From: Chromera velia
Lineage: Eukaryota
Assembly (NCBI GenBank): GCA_018398765.1
Contig: JAHBMJ010000345.1
Span: forward strand, 1-51,044
Reading direction: 5' to 3'
Length of the DNA: 51,044 nucleotides
The position numbers were made by a program, and so were the translations under genes. Below, piece by piece: positions 38,396-51,044 of the stretch; position 1 is the first letter of the stretch; every line of letters starts with the position of its first letter. The notes below the pieces were generated by a model, which saw only the letters and a program-made list of their open reading frames with translations, ran no database searches and was not told the origin of the DNA.

Positions 38396-39919
38396 GTGCA
38401 GACGTGCTTTCTTTCTGTTGAGATGATGAGGAGAGAAGGGAAAGAAAAAGGAAACATGGCGGGCCTCCTCAAGATCGTGCTTCTCATCGTTGAGAAAATT
38501 CTGTCGGAGATATTTGGAGAGACTCAGTGTTTCTCTGGAACAACACTGTTGGAGCACGACAGAGCCAAGGAGGATTCCGAAGGGGCTGTGGCCTGACTTT
38601 TGGAGAGACTTCATCCTCTGCTTTCAGGAGAAAAACTGGCAGGCATAGAGGGGGTGAATGAAGAGAAAGAAAAAAAAAAAAGAAAGATAAGACGTGGGTG
38701 GCGATTTTCAATTACGCAATGGAATCAACGCCAGGCTGCCATGTCTGCAGCGATGGTTGATCCGGAGAGGGAGCCTGGTCAGGAAGAGTCCCTTTTAACC
38801 CCTGCGCCCCTGAAGAATAAGTTAGGTCGAGATTCGACCATGGGTGAGGAGAAGTCTGGTTTTGTATCACCAGATGGTTCCGATTATATTCACTACGAGA
38901 CGCATGTGTCTGCCCCCGTTGCTTCCATTGGTATTTTCGCTTCAGTCAGCGCAGTGGAAGCAAAAGAAGTAGAAGTAGAAGGCTAACAGAGCCCCCAAGT
39001 GGTTGAAGGAGGGAGAAAGTCTGTCACCACAGAGATGCAGGCCCTCATTGCCTCTCTCTGCACGCTTGACGATGAAGTACGCCGTCGCCTCACCGAGAGG
39101 TCAGACCCGACTTGTTGTCCCGTTGAGAACGGACCCGAAGAGACGAATGGGGAGATGCCACTCCCTGTGCGAACTGAATGTCTGGGGGGAGAAGCAGATG
39201 AAGGTGAAGAAGAGAGAAAGGCGGTGGATGACGTTGATGAGATTTCCTTCGACGCATCTGTGCAGCGATTATTGGAGAAACATCTAGATAGCAGCACTCT
39301 TTGCAGTGAGGAGAAAGTGAAGGTGTGCAAGGGAGAAATTGAGTTGTAAATTGCCATTTCGTCTGCTCCTCCGCCTGCCCATGAGAACAGAGATGGCGTT
39401 ACAGAAGTGGCCCGACGGACTAGGTGTGAAAATGAAGAGAAGGGGGAGGATAGAGCAATGCAAAGTCACTTTCAGCAGCCTGCCATATCATCCGTCTCCC
39501 TTCCCAATTCAGGATCTGAACAAAAGCGCCCCACTGATGCAGCAGTAGCAAAAGCAGTAGCCGAGTTATACAAATCCAATGGGGAGAAGAAGATTGAGCT
39601 TTGCCCAAAGCCCACAAAGAAACAAAGAATCCGAAAAGAAAAGTTGAAAGCACAGATCGCTCGATGGCAGGAGCAGCGGAGATCTGAAAATGAAAAAGTA
39701 GAGCAAGCAGCTGCCCGCCTGCGTAAACGAGAGGAGTGGGAGGCCAGTGAGGCAGCCAAGCTTCACAAAGAGAAGCAGAGGGAGTATTGGCACAAAATTC
39801 GTCGTCGCCTCAAGGCGGGTTGTTCTGCCGAAGAGCTGGATGACGTGCCGCATCCAGATACTCCAATCACGAGGAGATTTGGGACGTCACAGAAGCCTAG
39901 CATTCCAACGAGTCAGTGA
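38396..39919 (+). pseudogene. Decayed ~500-codon ORF inside the LTR element (gag-position, function unknown)
   Basis: ORFs 38396-38596, 38600-38986, 38999-39349 and 39407-39919 are all in one frame, separated by single stops (TGA, TAA, TAA). The product is acidic with a charged, coiled-coil-like region. Confidence 0.6.
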
Positions 39920-40461
39920 GTGGCATGCAGTGAGGAGAGACAGAGGAAAGGGCATTGACTTTGAGTCATTTGGGTCTGCCAGTAACTCTTTATAGATCCT
40001 GAACGATCGATTGATGTTCCTTTTACCTGTGTGTCCGTATCTGGAATTCCGCTCTTTGTTTGTCTGAGATCATCAGGTGTGTTTTTATCTCCTAAGCCCG
40101 TTTGTCTGTCTTTGTCTTGGAATAACGCCTGTCTGTCTGTCGATCGATTCTTTTGTTGGACGGAAAGAAGGCAAGAGAAGGACAGGGCCTTTGCAGAGCT
40201 ATGCCCATGGCATTGTTGGTCTGATCAACAATGGAGAGACCGTGAAATCTGCACATTTGTCTCGTCGCTCATCCCATCGACTACGATTTTTCTTCAGGGA
40301 ATGGACAGATCTCTCTACTCGTTTACGCCACAGACACCTCATTATTCCTATTCTCTGTCTAGTCGTGCCTTGTGCCCATTTTTTTTTTCTTTGTCCGTTG
40401 TGTGTCTTCTTAGCCGCGGGGACGCGGCGTTGGAGGGAGGGGGCATGTAGGTGTGAGTGGA

Positions 40462-41236
40462 TGCCAGAGAGGTAATAGAAGAGAAGTAAAGGGAGTTGGT
40501 GGCGAGTGAAATGAAGGAAGGAGAAAGAAAAAGACAAGCAGAAAAGGGTTGTATGAGTGGTTGTAGGAGACAAGAGAGAAGCATGACAAGTAGAGAGAGG
40601 TTTTTCCACCCATCTGTGGAAAGCGAAAGCGTGTATCCCTAGGCGCATCCGAGAGACTCTGAGAAAGACAAAAAGAAAATTCTTCTGGAAAAGATGCAAC
40701 GAGGAGGAAGAGGAGAAGAGAAATTTAACCTAAAAGAGCAAGGTGTCATGCTTTTACAAGGCAGTGCGGTCGGGGCAGCAAGAAAAATTGATGCAAAGGA
40801 GTGCAGAGGGAGCACCCCATCTTGATTCATAAGCAGATCGACTGAAGTGCCAGAAAGGTAATGGAAGAGAAGTAAAGGGAGTTGGTGGCGAGTGAAGTGA
40901 AGGAAGGAGAAAGAAAAAGACAAGCAGAAAAGGGTTGTATGAGTAGTTGTAGGAGACAAGAGAGAAGCATGACAAGTAGAGAGAGGTTTTTCCACCTGTC
41001 TGTGGAAAGCGAAAGCGCGTATCCCTAGGCGCATCCGAGAGACTCTGAGAAAGAAAAAAAGAAAATTCTTCTGAAAAAGATGCAATGAGGAGGAAGAGAA
41101 GAAGAGAAACTTAACCTAAGAGAGCAAGGTGTCATGCTTTTGCAAGGCAGTACGGTCGGGGCAGCAAGAAAAATTGATGCAAAGGAGTGCAGAGGGAGCA
41201 CCCCGTCTTGATTCATAAGCAGATCGACTGAAGTGC
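40462..41236. repeat. ~386-bp tandem duplication inside the LTR element
   Basis: About 40462-40849 is repeated at about 40850-41236 with scattered substitutions. Confidence 0.85.
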
Positions 41237-42000
41237 AACCTTGAACCCCAAAGCAGGGAAATCCCTCCTTCACCGTTTGAACGCATGTCTGATAGGCGGC
41301 ACACAACAACAAGTGCGTTCCTAATAGAGGCTGTCTCACAATCTTTATACATGAAGTCTCGGGACGAGACTTATGAGGGGAAGGGCACGTAGCATTGTGA
41401 TGGGCGCCCCAGTCAGGAATCTACGCAGTGCGCGCATTACGAGCGTATTAGAGAACATGCATTAATGATTAGAAAGCATGCATGTGGAAGTAAAGCTTTA
41501 TGCAGAAGTAGCAGTCTCTGTAGGGAAAGTAGGATAGAAGTGAAGACTCATGCATGATAATACTTACCCTTTATGAACTAAGAGGAGATCTCTTAGGACG
41601 GTAGGAGCCTAGCTTCCCTACGCCCCCCGCTTCGCTTTTCAGGGCTAAAAAAGGCCCTAGAAAGATCCCGCCCAAATGGTCCAGAAAAGCGTGAACCCGA
41701 CTTTAACCCATCGCCATGCATGCGTGCGTCAGATATATGGGTGGCCCCGGAAAGCGACCGCGGAAAGCATGCGTCAGAGCATACCCCCGGACTTTTTTCC
41801 CGGGGAAGGGGGGGTTCTGCGGGTTTTCCACGGGGGGGGGTGGATCGGCCGGTCGGCTGGCCGATGTGCGTCAATCGTGTAGTTCTCATTTAATTTTCTT
41901 GCTTTCCGGGGCCGTTCGCAAGCTTGCTTGCATCAGATGCATAGCCCCGGGAAGCGTAGCGTGGGGGGCACTTGCCAAACAATTCCCCTGAGCATATGCA

Positions 42001-42928
42001 AATCCCAAGATGCAGCGGCAGTTTTAGGCGGTTTCCAAAATTCATAAGCGGACATGAACGGCGACTGGGACAAGCGTGTTGGTCCATTTGAACCAAATTG
42101 GCGTGTCCCAACATGTAGCAGCGGTTTTAAGATTCAAACAAACATAAACGGCGTAAAACGGTGATGTACTGGGATAAGCGTTTTGGTCTATTTGGAGCAA
42201 ATTGGCGTGTCCCAACATGCAGCAGCGGTTTCAAGATTCAAACGAACACAAACGACGACTGGGACAAGCGTTTTGATCCATTTGGACCAAATTGGCGTGT
42301 CCCAACATGCAGCAGCGGTTTTAAAATTCAAACAAACATAAACGGCGTAAAACGGTGATGTACTAGGATAAGCGTTTTGGTCTATTTGGAGCAAATTGGC
42401 ATGTCCCAACATGCAGCAGCGGTTTCAAGATTCAAACGAACATAAACGGCGACTGGGACAAGCGTTTTGATCCATTTGGACCAAATTGGCGTGTCCCAAC
42501 ATGCAGCAGCAGTTTTAAGATTCAAATAAACATAAACGGCGTAAAACGGTGATGTACTGGGATAAGCGTTTTGGTCTATTTGGAGCAAATTGGCGTGTCC
42601 CAACATGCAGCAGCGGTTTCAAGATTCAAACGAACACAAACGACGACTGGGACAAGCGTTTTGATCCATTTGGACCAAATTGGCGTGTCCCAACATGCAG
42701 CAGCGGTTTTAAAATTCAAACAAACGCAAACGGCGACGTACTGGGATAAGCGTTTTGGTCTATGTGGACCAAATTGGCGTTACTGGCGTGCCCCAACATA
42801 CATCAGCGGTTTCAAGATTCAAGATGATTCAAGCGAATTGTCATGTTGGTTCATTTTAAGTAAATTGACATGTCCAAAGATACAATAGCGGTTTTAACTA
42901 GGGTTTTAAGCGGTTTCTAAAATTCAAG
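42001..42928. repeat. Satellite with a 194-bp higher-order unit (90-bp + 104-bp monomers); degenerate copies at about 43845-44070
   Basis: Monomers CTGGGA(T/C)AAGCGTTTTG...AAATTGGCGTGTCCCAACATGCAGCAGCGGTTT...ATTCAAAC start at 42169, 42259, 42363 and so on, with alternating lengths. Confidence 0.9.
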
Positions 42929-42933
42929 AGAAC

Positions 42934-43007
42934 AGTCAGCCGGTAGAGCATCGCATTCAGTGTTATTCACATATGCATAGTCTTGGGTTCAATTCCTGCT
43001 GCAGCCA
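42934..43007 (+). pseudogene. Degenerate tRNA-derived fragment (pseudo-tRNA or SINE head)
   Basis: An A-box/D-arm-like AGTCAGCCGGTAGAGC and a B-box GGTTCAATTCC (42986-42996) are followed by TGCTGCAGCCA. The 5' acceptor strand is absent and the stems are imperfect. Confidence 0.5.
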
Positions 43008-44165
43008 CTTAAGATTAAAATAAGAGTCGATAAATTAGACTTAGTCTAGGGAAGGTCATTGAATGTAGTACCCAATAAACAGCTTAATCGAAGCCATTAG
43101 ACCAAACCATGCATTTCTAATAATGCAAAGACCCCAAGGCCTCAGCCGTGGGCAGGCTGAGCGACCCTCGCCTAATAAAAACAGTCAGGTATTGCCACCT
43201 AGAGCTGCATTAATGCCTTGTCTATATGCGCCACCATCATTGTGCCACATCGATATATATGCATACCCGCATCGCCTGCTGCACCGCCACACTGCATGCA
43301 CACGTCATGAAGCGAGAATTGATTTCCGTTACCTCCCGTTGTTAGTTGATGGATTGAAATGCTCCAGAGACTGATTTACTGCAGAAGCCTTCCTCTGACA
43401 GTTCTTACTCTCTAGTAAAGCTGAACGATTGCCTATATTGTCGCAGCTAGCAAGAGTAGAAGCTCCGCCTGCCTTTGGTAAGCAGGTTGTATACTTATAG
43501 CCTATAATATTATCTATTTCAACAGCGTTAAGCAACCACTAGCTATGAAGGTAGGATTAAGGAAGAAGAGCTCCACTCTGCTCCTCTCTTTATATCTCTT
43601 AATTAAAACGTGAAAGAAAAGAGAACATATAGAAGATGCATGAATAGCTGTTGGGACAATATTGTGTTAGTCAATTTTAACTTTTTTTTTTATAAAACAT
43701 TTTTACTAGCATTTTTAGTTGTAGTTTATGTGTGTGCATCATGATCTTACGTTTTTATCTTTTTAAAACTAATTTACTACTTAAGTTATTTCTTTATTCA
43801 AGCCCACTCACCCTCTTCAGACTCTTCTTTTAGGCTAAGTTCCAGCCAATTAATGTGTCCTAAGATGTAGCCGCGGTTTCAGGCGGTTTCTAAAATTTAA
43901 GGCTATTTAATTTTAAGTGAAGATATAAATGGTTGCTGGGATAATCGTTTTGTTTAATGCGGAATAAATTGGTGTGTTCCCTCATGCAGAGGCGGTTTTA
44001 AACAGTTTTTGAAATTCAGGCAAAGACGAACAACGGCTAGGACAATCGTTTTATTCCATTTAGAAAACTTAATTAACAACATTTAACAACAGTTGAGCAA
44101 CACATGAACAAGACTTGTACAACACTCACACAACAGTCAATTGCATGTTTCATTTCGTGTTCGCA

Positions 44166-44830
<665 letters not shown>

Positions 44831-45386
44831 AACTTTAAGTCAATGTCCCCCCCATTTCGTGTTTGACACCAAAATTCATAAAAAAAAACAATAAAAGATT
44901 TTTTTTCTTTAGCTGACGTGAACTAACGTCTACTAATGCCAAGATAGCCTAACGCATTCGATCTGGAAGCCTCAATTTTTTAAAAACAGACATGTCTTAT
45001 ATTTTGTGACAACAAAACATGTTTTTATCATTAAAAAAAGTTATCTTTTTTTAAAAAAAAATAGTGAAGTCGGCTTCAAATACTTTGCTCCTATTCGTAC
45101 CCCAATTTAATGGAGCATAATATTATATATATACGTATACATACACATAAAGTAAATATAAGATACAGATGTTTGAAAGAGAACACCTAACAATCAATCT
45201 AATAATTCATGTGACAAACACTCTTTTACATATAACAATATCAGTTTATGGTGGGGCTTTCGATGGTGAAGTCTCATTATGATCGAGTTTTGCAGCATTC
45301 AAGTTCGGTAATCAATTCTGCATAGAATTTAACAGCTGGACTAGCAGTTGACTGACTTTGTCTGTATTTGTCTACACATCATTCAT

Positions 45387-50643
<5,257 letters not shown>

Positions 50644-51044
50644 TCACACAAAGCCGGGAAGCAACGGTTGGTCTTCTCGACCACTCAGTCCCAATTTCTT
50701 GATCAAATAACAGAGTGCAACTTTGTGACAGTGTGGCCCTTCTACCAATAGACGAAGCTACAAACAGGTCTGGACTGCAGGTCCCTAGCTGCATGAGACC
50801 ATGATCCCTTAAAAATGTCTGCAAGAGGCAGTGAGGTTAAAATTCAGACTTATATATTGAAAACAACATCTTATCGATTGGAAAAGCTGCATGCATGCAA
50901 CTGTCAGTCGATCATATACCAGATTCACCCATACTTTGCCCACTTTCGCACTGCCTTCCGGGGCCGCCCGTGCATGCATTTCTCTGCCGTCTCTTTTCTG
51001 GCTGGAGAGATCGTGCAAAGTCGAGGCAGGGGGAGATCTTGGGT

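Larger units (their letters stand above)
38050..41622 (+). mobile_element. Non-autonomous LTR retrotransposon (TRIM/LARD-like) with 235-bp LTRs and CG...CG termini
   Basis: Direct repeats at 38050-38284 and 41388-41622 differ at about 8 positions, and both read CGTAG...CTACG. A PBS-like TGGAAGCAGAGCC follows at 38285 and a PPT GAGGGGAAGGG lies at 41375-41385. CCCCC is duplicated at the flanks. No RT, RNase H or integrase motifs were seen inside. Confidence 0.9.
37316..41990. mobile_element. Foldback-like modular repeat element, interrupted by an LTR element
   Basis: Inverted arms lie at about 37451-37734 and 41647-41937. An internal module (GGGCTGGGGTATTTCT.TTTTCTAAGTGCCCCCCGCTTCGCTTT) occurs three times at 37800-38049 and inverted at about 37372-37445. 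GGCCCCGGAAAGC recurs in both orientations. No coding capacity is visible. Confidence 0.65.

Noticed and set aside
42001..42928. CRISPR-like array
   Set aside because: The sequence between the conserved blocks is itself repeated, so there are no unique spacers. There are no cas genes and the context is eukaryotic.
42934..43007. Functional tRNA gene
   Set aside because: The 5' acceptor strand is missing and the T and anticodon stems are mispaired. It is kept only as a tRNA-derived fragment.

Overview
This is eukaryotic, intron-rich genomic DNA with microsatellite-filled introns and abundant TGCATG. The style suggests a chromerid or other alveolate protist such as Chromera, but that is inference only. 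Spliced genes reconstructed by hand: an RluA-family pseudouridine synthase (+, with a 1039-bp duplication at N gaps that is probably an assembly artefact), a membrane-anchored hybrid histidine kinase (HisKA-HATPase-REC, +), a signal-peptide-bearing S9 peptidase (-) head-to-head with a 16-exon ABC1/ADCK kinase (+), a large-exon LRR protein (-), and an uncharacterised multi-pass membrane protein (-). Three repeat islands lie between the genes. They hold a rearranged chromodomain-bearing LTR element whose outer LTRs are inverted and flanked by a CCAG duplication, a non-autonomous LTR element with CG...CG termini nested in a foldback repeat, two 5'-truncated LINE ends (a CCHC type and a CRE-like RLE type), a tRNA-derived fragment, and several mini- and satellite arrays. 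The most unusual signals are that about half of the splice donors have C at +3 (GTCAGT is the commonest), and the two atypical LTR structures.
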